A DNA stretch of 64,000 bases from Mobula hypostoma. Its lineage: Eukaryota. Position numbers and translations under genes: made by a program. The stretch lies in assembly GCF_963921235.1 (NCBI RefSeq), contig NC_086097.1:73410001-73474000 (forward strand), in the 5' to 3' direction. The notes under the pieces are model-generated. The model had not been told where the DNA came from and did no database searches. It saw only the letters and a list, made by a program, of their open reading frames with translations. Shown piece after piece: positions 1 through 12,397 of the stretch (its first letter is position 1; each line of letters begins with the position of its first letter).

Positions 1-115
1 TGCTACTCTTGTCCGTTGGCAACCCTATCCCCCCGCCCCCCCCGGGTCGGCGGGTCCGCAAGAATATTGTCAATATTAAACTGGTCCGCAGTGCAAAAAA
101 AGTTGGGGACCCCTG
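1..115. mobile_element. End of a non-autonomous hAT (Charlie-like) MITE, cut by the window edge
   Basis: Ends in ...AAAAAAAGTTGGGGACCCCTG, the reverse complement of the hAT/Charlie-type TIR CAGGGGTCCCCAAC. Confidence 0.6.
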
Positions 116-599
116 GGTTACAGAACTAAGTCGGCCAGCATTGCCAACAAGCGTGCATTACTTCCCCATGAGTTTAACACATTCTATGCGCATTTTGAAA
201 GGAAGGAAATGGGTATGTCAAGCTGATAGTCTGCTTTGCACCTGAATCTACAGTCATTGTCGCAGGTATTAGAGTGGATTCATTTACTAATCACAAGTAC
301 ATTGAAACATACAGTGAAATATGTTGTTTGTGTTATCAACCAATGCCATCTGAGGCCAGCATAGTATGCCCACCATGTTCAATAGAACAACACACAGCCA
401 ACATACAACAGCAAAACAAACCCTTCCCCACCCTCACCCCACAGACACAGATTGACTTCAACCCCAGGACAAGTCACCTTCAGACCGTGGACCCAGACTA
501 GCAGACAACGGGCCTTTGATATCCGATCTCAACAACCTAGGAGCTTCAACCCAGGACTGGAGGGTTAACCTGTGGAAAGCATTGGGCCTGGATTGTATC

Positions 600-2190
600 T
601 CCAAATAAGTAAAAAGTAGTGTCCCTAGCCATATCCTTAGATCCTGTACGGATCAGCTAGCAAGGGTATTTGTATTCATTTTTAACCTCTTCCTGCTTCA
701 GGTTGTGGATCCTCCTACTTTAAGGAGACCACTATCATCCTGGTGTCCAAGAAAAACAAGGTAACGCACATTAAATACTACAGCCCAATGGTTCTGACAT
801 CCACCATCATAAAGTGCATCAAGAGGTTAGTCATGGCTTGCATCAACACTAGTTTTCCAAGCAACCTCAAACCACTGTAATTTGTCTTCTGCTGAAACAG
901 GTCTATGGAGGATGCCATCTCCCTAGTCCTACGCTCATTTCTGGAGCATCAAGACAGTAAAGGCACCCACATCAAACTTTACTGACTACAGTACTGCATT
1001 CATTACTATCATTCCGAGCAAGCACATCACCAAACTCTGGACCATAGGAGTCACTGCTTTCCTCGTTAACTGGATTCTTGACTTCAATCCCAATAGACCA
1101 TAATTAGTAAGGATAGGAAGCAACACCTCCACTGTGATTATCCTAAACACAAGGTTGTGTGCTCAGCCCCCTATCCCTGTACTCTCATGACTGCATGGCA
1201 AGGTTCTGCTCTAAATCTGTCTACAGGTACTGTATGCAAATTATATCACTTTAGTGGGAAGCATCTCAACGATTAGTCAAGAACAGGAAGTAGATGGAGA
1301 GCTTAGTGACATAGTGTCATGACAGCAACCTTTCCCTCAATGTCAACAAAACAAAAGAACTGGTCTTTGACTTCAGGAAGGGGACGGTAAACATGCTCCT
1401 GTCTACATCGAAGGTGTTGAGGTTAAGAACAATCAAATTGCTAGATGTGAATACCATCAATAGCCTGTCACGGTCCAACCACACTGATGTCATGGCCAAC
1501 AAAGCTCACAAATCCTTTTACTTCCTCAGGAGGCTAAAGAGGCTCATCGACCCATACCAATTGTTATCCATGCACAATAGAAAGCAATCTGTCTGGATGC
1601 CTAATGGCTTGGTATGGCAGCTGTTCTGCACACAACCACAAAGAATTGCAGAGTTGTGGGCACAGTTCAAGCATCACAGAAACCATTCTTCCCTCTATGG
1701 ATGTTGTCCGGAGTTCTCATTGCTTCAGTAAAGCAGCCCCACCACTGACATTTCCTCTTCTCTCTTCTCCCCTGTCCCAGAAGTCCTGGGGTTGAAGTCA
1801 ATCTGTGTCTGTGGGGTGACAGTGGGGAAGGGTTTGTTTTGTTGTTGTATGTTGGCTGTGTGTTGTTCTATTGAATATTGTGGGTAGAAGATACAAAAGC
1901 CTGTAAGCACGTACTTTGAGGCTCAAAGACAGCTTCTCTTTCACTGATATCAAACTCTTGAGTTGGAGCTCTTGTATGATAAAATAGACTCCAGGCCTTA
2001 TAATCTATGTCACTCTGATCCTGCATTTTGTCATTTACTTGCATTGCACTTTTTTGATGTCTTTTACAATTTATTCTGCATTGTTATTGTTTTACCTATT
2101 CTAGCTCAATGCACTGAGTAATGACCTGATCTGTATGAACAGTCTGCAAGGCAAGTTTCTTACTCTATCTTGGTACATGTGACAATGAAA
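600..2190 (+). mobile_element. Decayed Rex1/Babar-type LINE, RT region plus 3' UTR
   Basis: Degenerate motifs CTDQLARVF, QGCVLSPL and LSLNVNKTKELVFDFRK; homologous to the better preserved copy at 52037-54150; many stops and frameshifts. Confidence 0.75.
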
Positions 2191-3449
2191 AAAACAGCCA
2201 AACCAAATGCTGATGCATCATTTTGAAGTGGTCCAGGAAGAAGAAGGGAGTCGTAGGGATTGTGAGCATGCAGCAGCTGCAGAATGAATGGAAAATTCTT
2301 TATTAGCATACTGCTTTGTAATCGAAAAAAATGTCCAAGTTGTTTTTCAGAAGCATAACCTAACAAGAAAATTAGCAATGTTCCTGAATGTGGAGCTGAA
2401 TATTTCGAAAGCTTTATAAGTGTGAAGCTGTGTGTTGCAAAAGAGCACATTAATAGTTTTAGGATAACTAATTGGGCAGTTCCTAGCTTGTCTTGTCATT
2501 ATATGTACAGTACTTACCATAAGTACTGGTTGCCAAAGAATTGTTGCTACTAGGCAGAGAAAAAAAATAGTTATCATTAGTCCTTAAGGTAACAAGAAAG
2601 AAATTGATCTTTCCACATGCAAAGCTCAAGCTCAGTTCTTCATCACATGGCTGTATTTTCCACTTCATCAGTAGACTTCTAATTCAGGCCACTTTGCTAA
2701 AATTAAACATTGCTTTTGATTTTATAGCTTAAAGCGTCTAAAATTGCTATATTATTTCTTTGCAAAAAAATCCCCAAATCAAACTTGAACGTTTTATTGT
2801 AGTTATAGAGTAATGATTTTGCAAATTTAAAATTTTACATTTGATGTCTTGGTCATGCCTGCAAATAAATTTATTTTAGATACCAGATTAACATGCCTAA
2901 AATTAGTTAATCTGACAGTGTAATTATCAAACCACCTTTGTTGTTAATAACATGAGCAGTTGAAATTGCAGACAGCATGTTAATCATTTATGTGGATATC
3001 ACTATTCTTGCTAAATCTTTTCATGTTAATAGGCTTAAATTTAGAGATTACTCTTTATCGCAATTGTATTGGCATGATCACACTTTATTATGCTGAGGGA
3101 GGCCACATTTTTTAAAATCTGATTAAATAAAGCATGATTTAAGATGGATCTTCTACCTTCCAGGTTATGTTGTGATAATTCATTATTAACTCAATATATT
3201 TAAAACATATGATAAAAATTGTTCGTGAATATCTTCCTTCACTTATGAAATCCATTAGAAAATCTTCACATAGGAGGATAGTAAGCTGATTGGAAAAGTC
3301 TTTTATCTGATTTACAGCTTCTAGATCAGTGCTACTTGGTGTATTATTGTCACATGCATTGAGATACAATGGAATAATGTTACATTTACAATGCAGGCAG
3401 ACAAAGATGATGCATGAGCCATGATGAAATAGACTGAAGTCAAGAGAGC

Positions 3450-4458
3450 ATCCATAAAAAAAAAGAGGAGCAAAGTTGGGCTATTTGGCCCATCGAGTCT
3501 GCTCTGCCAATCCGTCATGGTTAATTAATTATCCCTCTCAACCCCAATCTCCTGTCTTCTGCTCATAACCTTTGATGCCCTGACTAAACAAGAACCTATC
3601 AACCTTCACTTTAAATATTTACATTGACTTGGTCTCCATAGCCATCTGTGGCAATGAATTCCTTCTCATCTCCTTTCTAAATGGACCTCCCTCTATCTGA
3701 GGCTGACCCCTCAAGTTCTAGGCTCACTCACTATAGGAAACATCCTCTCCACATCCATTCTATCTAGGCCTTTCAATATTTGATAGGTTTCGATGAGATT
3801 TCCCCCATTCTTCTAAACCCCAGTGTATATGGGCTCAAAGTTCATGTGTTAGCCTTTTCATTTCTGCATCATTCTCATGAACCTCCTCCTAACCCTCTCC
3901 AATGCCAGCACATCTTTTCTTAGATAAAGGGCCCAAAACTGCTCACAATGCTCCAAGTGCAGTCTGGCCAACACCTTATAAAGCCTCAGCATTACATCCT
4001 TGCTCTTATACTCTAGTTCTCTCAAAATGAATGTTAACGTTGCATTTGCCTTGCTTACCACTGACTCAACCTGCAAATTAATCTTTAGGGAATTTAGCAC
4101 AAGGACTCCCAAATTTTTTTGCACCTCAGATTTTTTGGATTTTCTCCCACTTTAGAAAATAGTCTAGGCTTTTATTTCTTCTACCAAAGTGCATGACCAT
4201 ACACATCCATAGACTGTATTCCATTTGCCACTTCTTTGCCCATTCTCCCAAATTAGTCTAAGTCCTTTGTAGACTTGGTGCTTCTTCAACAATACTGTAC
4301 CTGCCCCTTCATCTATCTTCATTTCATCCATTAACTTGGCCACAAAGTCATCAATTCTGTCAGCCAAATCATTAACATACAACATGAAAAGAAGCGGTCC
4401 CGACACTGATCCCTGCGGAACACAACTAGTCATCTGCAGCCCCTCTGTTCCCACTCAT
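3450..4458 (-). mobile_element. Decayed CR1 LINE 3' fragment
   Basis: ORF pieces VPQGSVSGPLLF and LRLYKVLARLHLEHCEQFW; CR1-type 3' end near 3470-3520. Confidence 0.8.
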
Positions 4459-4469
4459 TATTAATGTAC

Positions 4470-5050
4470 AACAGTCCATTCAAGAGTCTTGTATGTTAAT
4501 GATGAACAGTGGAATAGAATCTGTCCTTGAGCCTGGCTTTATGTCTTGTACCCAATGTAATGGGGGCGGGGAGGAGAAGAGAGAATGTCTGGAGAGGGTG
4601 GGGTCTTTGATTATCTCACCTGCATCCTGTATTCCCAAAACAGAAGGGAGTGTAGGTAGACTTGGTCAAGATGGAGCTGGTTTTCTTGATAAACTGTGCT
4701 GTTCACAATTCTCCATTCTTTTGTGGTCTTTGCCCTACCATGTTGTGATGCATCTGGATAGGATACTTTCTATGGTGCATCAGTAAAAGTTGGAGAGAGT
4801 CGAGCAGGATCTGCTGAGTTACCTTAGCAGTGTTTGGAAGTAGTGGTCCTGATATGTTTTCTTGGTCATTATTCTCAGAGTGGTTGGACCATGACAAACT
4901 GTTGATGATATTTATACTTAGGAACTTGAAGTTCTGAACCATCCCCACTTCAAAAATCAATAATACAAGCAGGAGCATGCATTCCGCCCTGCTTCCTGAA
5001 AATCAATGACCAGCTCTTTTGTTTTGCTAATATTGAGGGTAAGTCTCTTA
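4470..5050 (-). mobile_element. Decayed Rex1/Babar-type LINE fragment
   Basis: NFKFLSINIINSLSWS motif and a KTKELVIDFQ-like sequence on the minus strand. Confidence 0.65.
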
Positions 5051-5906
5051 ACAACTTATTTCTTGGCTCTGTATCGCCTCCCTATATTCTGTTACATCAT
5101 CTTATGTCAGTGTCTTTGTTATTCAGATCTATCCAGATCTTGCTACCAGCATCCATTTGTTGTTGAAAAGGATTTGACGTTGGAATTGGTTTATAGAAGC
5201 AGGATCATTGCTTGTCTTCCACTCCATGCGGTCCTATAATCCCAATTCAAATGGAATTCAATTATCCTAGGTAGGGCATGAGAATGGGATTGACAGACTA
5301 ATCAACCTGTAACCACTGTTGGGCGTCAAACAAAAATCAACTGGAATACTGGAAACCTTTAATCATGTCACATCTCATCCTATCACTGTTCCAGGGAATA
5401 CAAGCACTAGAGAAGACTGTTGCAGCCAATCATGGAAGAGCTCTTATAAGTATGTCAAGATCAAACATGAATGCTGGATAATATGAGTTGGTACTTGGCT
5501 GGAAATAATTGAGAACTGATGGTGATATAGTCTAGGATTAATGTAGCACTCTGAAGTTTGGATCAGAGCTGAATCCCTACATTTTGGAAATATGTCATCT
5601 TTTTCCTTTCATCTTTGTGACTCTTGTGCTTTGGGCAATTTTTTTGCCCATTTAAATATTGCATTTTGAAAATTCTTTGGGATGATTGTTAAGATTTCAT
5701 ACAATATTGAGTCATTGTTGTATTTTTGCCTACTGCCTTCCACATTTTGGATGTTAGTTTTCATCCACTGACACTTGCAGCGTTCACTCAGCAGCACTTG
5801 TGACTTTGTTACACTAAATGATAAAGTAATGATTCTCTTGCAGCCGGCTCATTGTTAAACTAAATAGTCAATCTAATTTCATTGTAAAATCCTCTTGTCT
5901 CCTCAG

Positions 5907-6064
5907 GAAACAGTATCTTACATTCAGCTGCAGACAGTGTTACTAGTGCAGTTCAAAAAGCCAGCCAAGCCTTGAACGAACGGGGTGAGAGGTTAGGCCG
6001 AGCCGAAGAAAGAACAGCAGAAATGATGAACAGCTCCCAGCAATTTGCTGAAACTGCACACAAG
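5907..6064 (+). CDS. STXBP6: Internal coding exon of syntaxin-binding protein 6 (amisyn), C-terminal R-SNARE coiled coil
   Basis: Acceptor cctcttgtctcctcag and donor AAG|gtgagt. After 2 nt it encodes NSILHSAADSVTSAVQKASQALNERGERLGRAEERTAEMMNSSQQFAETAHK, matching the amisyn C-terminus as I recall it. Absent from the ORF track because it has no start codon of its own. Confidence 0.93.
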
Positions 6065-6714
6065 GTGAGTGATCTTCATTTCATTCTTTCTATGAAACTT
6101 CTGAAATTTTAGTAACCAGAATATCATCATCATGGAAAAAAGAAATGATAAATTTTGACCAGGTTTTTCAGTTTTTATTTTGGTTACCACTGAGCCATTT
6201 TCACATTAATCCTATTTTGCTTTAATAAATTAAGATGATGTTTCAATTCATCTTGGCATCTAATTACAGGGATATACACTTGATTGTTTAAAAGGTGTTT
6301 TCCCAATCTAAAAAGATTCTCCAAATTTGCCATTTGTTACGCTGATTTGGGGTAGGTATCATGCAGCTGCTCGGTGGAGTTCAGATCCATACCTTGAGGT
6401 TTTCTGTAACTATGCACAAGACATTTACAAAGTAAACACATTTCTGAACATTGATATCCCTTCTTCATTGTGTATACATTTTCAAACTTGCCACAAAAAT
6501 CCAAATTTGTACTCACCAATACTAATACTGTATAACTGAAGAATAACACCATTCCAGTCAGTTTCCAGTCGATCTGCATTAGAAATGGTGGAAATAGAAG
6601 TTTCATGTTCTTACATATTTAAAATTTGTATTTGCACTATGTTTCACTTCACTTGCACACTCCTGTCCTCACTGAAAACTGGATTAATCATTTATTTTCT
6701 TTGAGAGTTAAGTT

Positions 6715-7115
6715 TTGGAGCGTAGAAGGTTGAGAGGGGACTTGATAGAGGTGTTTAAAATTATGAGGGGGATTGATAGAGTTGACGTGGGTAGGCTTTT
6801 TCCATTGAGAGTGGGGGAGATTCAAACAAGATGACATGAGTTGAGAGTTAAAGGACAAAAGTTTAGGGGTAACATGAGGGGGAGTTTTATTAGTCAGAGA
6901 GTGGTAGCTGTGTGGAACAAGCTTCCAGCAGAAGTGGTTGAGGCAGGTTCGATGTTGTTGTTTAAAGTTAAATTGGATAGATATATGGATAGGAAGGGAA
7001 TGGAGGGTTATGGACCGAGTGCAGGTCGGTGGGACTAGGTGAGAGTAGGAGTTCGGCACGGACTAGAAGGGCTGAGATGGCCTGTTTCTGTAGTGTAATT
7101 GTTGTATGTTATATG
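6715..7115 (+). mobile_element. CR1 LINE 3' fragment
   Basis: RRLRGDLIEVFKIMRGID and FISQRVVAVWNKLPAEVVEA motifs followed by a CR1-type 3' UTR. Confidence 0.85.
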
Positions 7116-7139
7116 AGGCAGTTTGTATGAGTGTACTTA

Positions 7140-7633
7140 CGTCAAGACACTGGAGCAGGGATCCAATCGCAGACACAGTACTGTGCACACAGTGATATTA
7201 ATTGAGTAACAAATCCCAAGGTACAAAGTTGGCATCAAAGTTCAGGCAGAGATCAAAACATCCAGAGAAATCCCAAAACCAGAATCGGGGAAACAGGCAG
7301 AGTCAATATGCAGATGGACAGAGTACAGATACAAATACTGGAAAGGCTCAGGAAAATTCACTGACACAATCTGGCAACAAACAGGTGAAAACACAGGACT
7401 GAACTACACTGAGCAATAAACAGAGGCAGATGATAGGTGGATCACAATGAGACACAGGTGGCAGCAATACAGGTAATAATTAGAAACAGGTGAGAGGCAG
7501 AGTACTCCGTAATACAGGGGCTGGAGTGGAGCAGGAGCAGGAGCAGGGACAGGAGCACATGACAGTACAAAACCACAGACTGACAGTTAGGGAGAAAAAA
7601 ACATAAAAAGACAGTCAACTGGAGGTACTGACA
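7140..7633 (-). repeat. 3' LTR of the Gypsy element
   Basis: Direct repeat of 11988-12397, roughly 85-90% identical by eye, with extra internal sequence; adjacent to the poly-C/G tract at about 7643-7659. Confidence 0.92.
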
Positions 7634-7659
7634 GTACTTGGGCCCCCCCCCCCCCCCCC

Positions 7660-10600
7660 ACCACAGCCACCTCCTGGCGTCACGGCAGGTAGAGCTGGGT
7701 GCTGGCGATGAAAGTACCAGATTAGAGAGGGGTCCAGGATGTTACAGGCGGGGACCCAGCACCTTTCCTCAGGATCGTAGCCCTCCCAGTCCACAAGGTG
7801 CTAGAGGCCACGGCCCCAACGATGAATGTCCAGCAGTTGATGCACTGTGAAGACTTCTGACCTATCGATGAGCCGTGGGGAGGGGGGGCAGTTTGGGGAC
7901 AGGACACAGGAGGTGGCTCATGAAAGGCTTGATGGAGGACACATGGAAGGTGGGATGAATGCAGCAGCAAATGGAGGGGAGCTTGAGACGGACGGCAGCA
8001 GGGCTGATGACCTTAGCAATGGGAAAGGGGCCAATGAAATGGGAGGAGAGCTTGCGGGAAACCACCTTGAGGGGTAGGTCTCAGGTTGAAAGCCACACAC
8101 GCTGTCCCTGGCAGTAACATGGGGCCTTGGAGCGACGGCGGTCAGCTTGACACTTGTTCCTGGCAGAGGCATAGAGAAGGGCAGAACGAATGTGCCTCCA
8201 CGTCTGCTGGCAACAGTGGATGAATGCCTCGGCATATGGAATGCCATCTTCCTCCTCCTGGGCAGGAAACAGTGGATGTAGGTAGGCAAGACAGCACTCG
8301 AAGGGGGACAGACGGGTGGATGAGGACGGTTGAGAGTTGATGGCGTACTTGGCCCAGGGTAGCTGCTGACTCCACGCAGAGGGGTTCTGGGAGACCAGAC
8401 ACGGCAATACTGTCTCTAGTTGTTGGTTGGCCCCCTTGGTCTGGCCATTGGTCTGTGAGTGGAATCCTAAAGACAGACTCGGAGGCACCCAGAAGATTAC
8501 AGAATGTCATCTAGAAGTTGGATGTGAATTGAGAGCCCCTGTCTGACACAACATCTACAGGTAAACCATGTAATTTTAAAACAGGCAGTACTAGTAATTT
8601 GGCTGTTTCTTTGGCTGAGGGGAGTTCAGGTAAAGGAATGAAGTGTACAGACTTGGAGAAACGATCAACTACTGTGAGAATGGTGGTATTACCATCTGAT
8701 GGGGGAAGACCGGTGACAAAATCCAGGGCAAGGTGGGACCAGGGTCTCTTGGGAAAAGACAGGGGTTGTTACAGACCAGCAGGTGACCGGTTAGAGTTCT
8801 TGCCTTGAGCACAGACCGAGTAGGCTGAGACAAAGTTGCAGATGTCATCTCCCATGGAGGGCCACCAGAACCACCGACTGATGAAGGCCTGAGTATGCTT
8901 GGTTCCAGGGTGACAGGATAACCGGGAAGAATGACCCCACTGCAATACCTGTGAGCGGACAGAGCTGGGAACATAAACACGGTTAGTGGGGCATTGACTA
9001 GGGGCTGCCTCGCTCTGTTGAGCAGCTTGCACAATGGATTCAATGTCCCATTGCGCTGCACCCACGAGACAGTGAGCAGGGAGGATGACATCAGGGACCT
9101 CAGGGGTCTTGGAGGAAGGAAATCTTTGGGAGAGGGCATCAGGTTTTCCATTCTTGGAACCGGGATGGAAGGATAGAGTAAAATTGAATCTTGAGGAAAA
9201 CAGGGACCCATGAGCTTGATGGGAGTTGAGATGCTTGGCCGCACGGATATTTTCCAGATTCTTGTGATCAGTCCAGACAAAGAGTGGCACCTTGGCTCCC
9301 TCCAGCCAATGCCTCCACTCCTCCAGAGCTAGCTTCACAGCCAGCAGCACCTGGTTTCCAACATCATAATTCCACTCTGTGGGAATGAGGCGGTGAGAGA
9401 AGGCAGTGCAGGGGTGTACCTTCTCATCCTTGGCCGAGCACTGAGAGAGGACAGCTCCTACACCAATGTCAGACGCATCCATCTCCACAATGAACTGCCG
9501 GTCGGTGTCGGGTTGAATCAGGATGGGGTCAGAGGTGAAATGTTCCTTCAGGTCAGAGAATGCTTTTTCGGCAACAGAGGACCAGGAGAATCTGACAGCA
9601 GATGAGGTAAGAGCAGTAAGTGGTGCAGCCAGTGTACTGTAATTTCTGATGAAGCGGCGATAGAAGTTAGCAAAGCCCAAGAAGCGTTGCAACTCCCAAC
9701 GAGTCGAAGGTTGGGGCTATTTGACCACCGCCTTGACCTTCTGTTGGTCCATCTGAAGGGAACCGCCTGAAATTACATACCCCAGGAAGGAGATGGTATT
9801 TTGATGAAACCCACATTTCTCAGCCTTCACAAAGAGCTGGTTCTCCAGAAGGCGCTGGAGAACTCTGCAGATGTGACCTGTGTGTTCAGCAAGGGCTTAG
9901 AAAAAAAAATCAAAATGTTATCGAGATACACAAAAACAAATTGGTTCAGCATGTCCCTGAAAACGTCATTTACCAGGGCTCAGAAGCCAGCAGGGGCATT
10001 GGTGAGACCGAATGGCATGACCAGATACTCATAATGGCCTGAAGTGGTGTTGAAGGCCGTCTTCCACTCGTCCCCTTCGCGGATGTAAACAAAATGGTAG
10101 TTGTTACGGAGATCAAGCTTGGTGAAAACTGAGGCTCTATGCAGTAGTTCAAATGCCAAGGTCATGAGCAGAAGAGGGTAACGGTTCTTAACAGTGACTT
10201 CATTCAGTCCCCAGTAATCAATACATGGACATCAGGAGCTGTCCTTTTCAAAGAAAAAACCAGCAGCAGCGGGGGAGGAAGGTGGCTGGATGACACCTGC
10301 AGCCAGAGACTCTTGAATGTACTTACTCATGGCTTCAGTTTCACGTACAGACAAGGGAATACAGGCAGCCTCTTTGGGGGAGATATGCCAGGCAAGAGGT
10401 CAATGACGCAATCATATGGACAACGAGGCAGTAGGGAAGTGGCCTGGAACTTGCTGAACTCAGCCTTGAGGTCCATGTATTCAGGAGGGTTGGCACTAAG
10501 GTCTGGAAATTGCTCGGGGGGATCTGGGCTTGGAGCAAAGGGGATCTGAGCATGGCAGAGGCAGTGGGAGTGACAGAATGGACTCCAGCCTACAATCTGG

Positions 10601-10900
10601 TGACTGAGCCAGTTAATGTGGGGGTTGTGCTTAACTAACCAGGGATGGCTCAGGACAATGGGAGCTTGAGGTGAGTCAATAACATAAAGGGTTAACTGTT
10701 CATGATGTTTGCTGGATAAACTGAGACTCACCGGGGCTGTGACACGGGTGATGTTGGCCAGTCTCTGACCGTTCAAGGCGTTGTCCACCAATGATGACTG
10801 GAGAGCAGACGTGGGTAACCCCCAATGGGCAGCCAAGTCGAAATCGATAAAACACCCCTCCGCACCAGAATCGACCAAGATGGAGACTGCTCGCCATTGG
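7660..10900 (-). pseudogene. Gypsy pol, frameshifted: protease, RT, RNase H, integrase, chromodomain
   Basis: VDSGA (PR); [23 protein letters not shown] and VYLDNILI (RT, YLDD decayed); [32 protein letters not shown] (RNase H); DFVTGLP and [10 protein letters not shown] (IN); [26 protein letters not shown] (chromodomain, about 7720-7845). Confidence 0.93.
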
Positions 10901-10974
10901 ATGTCCCATTCCAGGTATGAGAGTGAGTGGCGTTGAGGAGGGCCTGACAGAGGTCATGCTCACCAGTGCTCCCC

Positions 10975-11971
10975 ATCCTACTGGTGAGCGCATGGCTTTT
11001 ACTGGGCAGGTGGAGATGAAGTGATCTGGTTGGCCACAGTACAGACAGGAATAGGTGCTGATTCTCCTTTGTCTTTCAGTCAGTGTCAGGAGGGTACAGC
11101 CAACCTTCATAGCTTCAGGCTCTGGAACGGGAATTGTAGATGGGGCCAAATGGCAGGGCAATGTAGACTGATGAGGAGCTTGGAAATCTTCCAGTGTCCC
11201 CAGGGACCCTCTGGAACCCCTCCTCCTTCAGCACTGCTGAAGGCGAACATCAATACAGATGGCCAAATCCACCAGGGCTTCGAAGGTGTCAGGAAAGTCC
11301 CAGGTCACCAGCTCATCTTTGATGTCTTCGAAGAGGCCATTCATGAAGGTGTCGTACTGTGCCTCTGAGTTCCAGCTGCTGGAGGCAGCTAGGGTCCAGA
11401 ACCCTTATGACGTAATCTGACCCAGATCTGCGCCCCGGTTCATGTGCAGCATTTCACGGGCAGCCTCTCTCTCATGTTTTGAGTGATCAAACACTTTTCT
11501 CATCTCCTCAGAAAATAACTGAAAACTACTGCAGAAAGGGGAGCCTGCCTCCTGGACAGCTGTTCCCCATTCTCTCCCCCGACCGGACAGTTGGGTGATG
11601 CCGTAGGCTACCTTGGCTCGATCAGTCAGAAATATTGTTAGTTGCAAATCAAAAATGAGGGTGCACTGGGAAAGAAAAGAACGGCAGGTACCAGGCTCAC
11701 CTGAGTACTTTTCTGGAGGAGGTAGACAGGGCTGTTGGACAGGAGGAGCATGCAAGGACGCGGAGGGCAGGGCGGAAGATGCAGTCTCAGAATGTTGATG
11801 GGTGCTGTGGGACAGCTGGAGTGACTGAGTCTAGGCCACAAGATCAGCTACATTGGCAGGAAGTGACTCCACTGCCCTGAGCATGGAGTCCAGCTGCTTC
11901 TGGTGTCTCCCCAGCATCACTCCCTGTTGTTCCAGGGCAGCTCTCAGACGACCAGACTCTGTTGGATCCAT
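10975..11971 (-). pseudogene. Gypsy gag, frameshifted
   Basis: Starts MDPTESGRLRAALEQQGVMLGRHQ at 11971; PPPEKYSGEPGTCRSFLSQC motif; CCHC knuckle CLYCGQPDHFISTC. Confidence 0.9.
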
Positions 11972-11975
11972 TCAG

Positions 11976-11987
11976 GCCAGATTGTAC
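11976..11987 (-). promoter_or_regulatory. Self-priming-type primer binding site
   Basis: Minus-strand GTACAATCTGGC directly follows the 5' LTR and is complementary to minus-strand GCCAGATTGT in the LTR (7366-7375). Confidence 0.75.
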
Positions 11988-12397
11988 TGTCAGGGCACTG
12001 GAGCAGCAATCCAGTTGCAGACCCGGTATTGTGCATACAGTGATATTAACTGAGTAACAAACCGGAATTTGGAAACAGGCAGAGCTGATATGCAGACGGA
12101 CAGAGTACAGATACAAATGCTGGAAAGGCTCAGGAAAATTCACTGGCACAATCTTGACAACAAACAGGTGAAAACACAGGACTGAAATACACTGAGCAAT
12201 AAACAGAGAGGCAGATGATAGGTGGAGCACAATGAGACACAGGTGGCAGCAATACAGGTAATAATGAGAAACAGGTGAGAGACGGAGTACTCAGTAATAC
12301 AGGGGCCGAAGTACAGCAGGAGCACGTGCCAATACAAAACCACAGCCTGACAGCTGGGGGAAACACAAAAAAAAGTGTTCAACTGGAAGTACTGACA
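11988..12397 (-). repeat. 5' LTR of the Gypsy element
   Basis: TGTCAG...CTGACA termini; direct repeat of 7140-7633. Confidence 0.92.

Larger units (their letters stand above)
7140..12397 (-). mobile_element. Full-length decayed Ty3/Gypsy chromovirus (sushi-like) LTR retrotransposon
   Basis: LTRs at 7140-7633 and 11988-12397 (TGTCA...TGACA); TSD ACTTA/ACTTG at 7135-7139 and 12398-12402; G-run PPT beside the 3' LTR; domain order gag-PR-RT-RNaseH-IN-chromodomain. Confidence 0.95.

Noticed and set aside
5993..6190. Minus-strand 65-aa ORF overlapping the STXBP6 exon
   Set aside because: Antisense shadow with no recognisable motif; the plus-strand exon explains the region
8769..11971. Domesticated PEG10/RTL-like gene
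   Set aside because: Both LTRs and the TSD are retained, there are many frameshifts and stops, and YLDD is mutated
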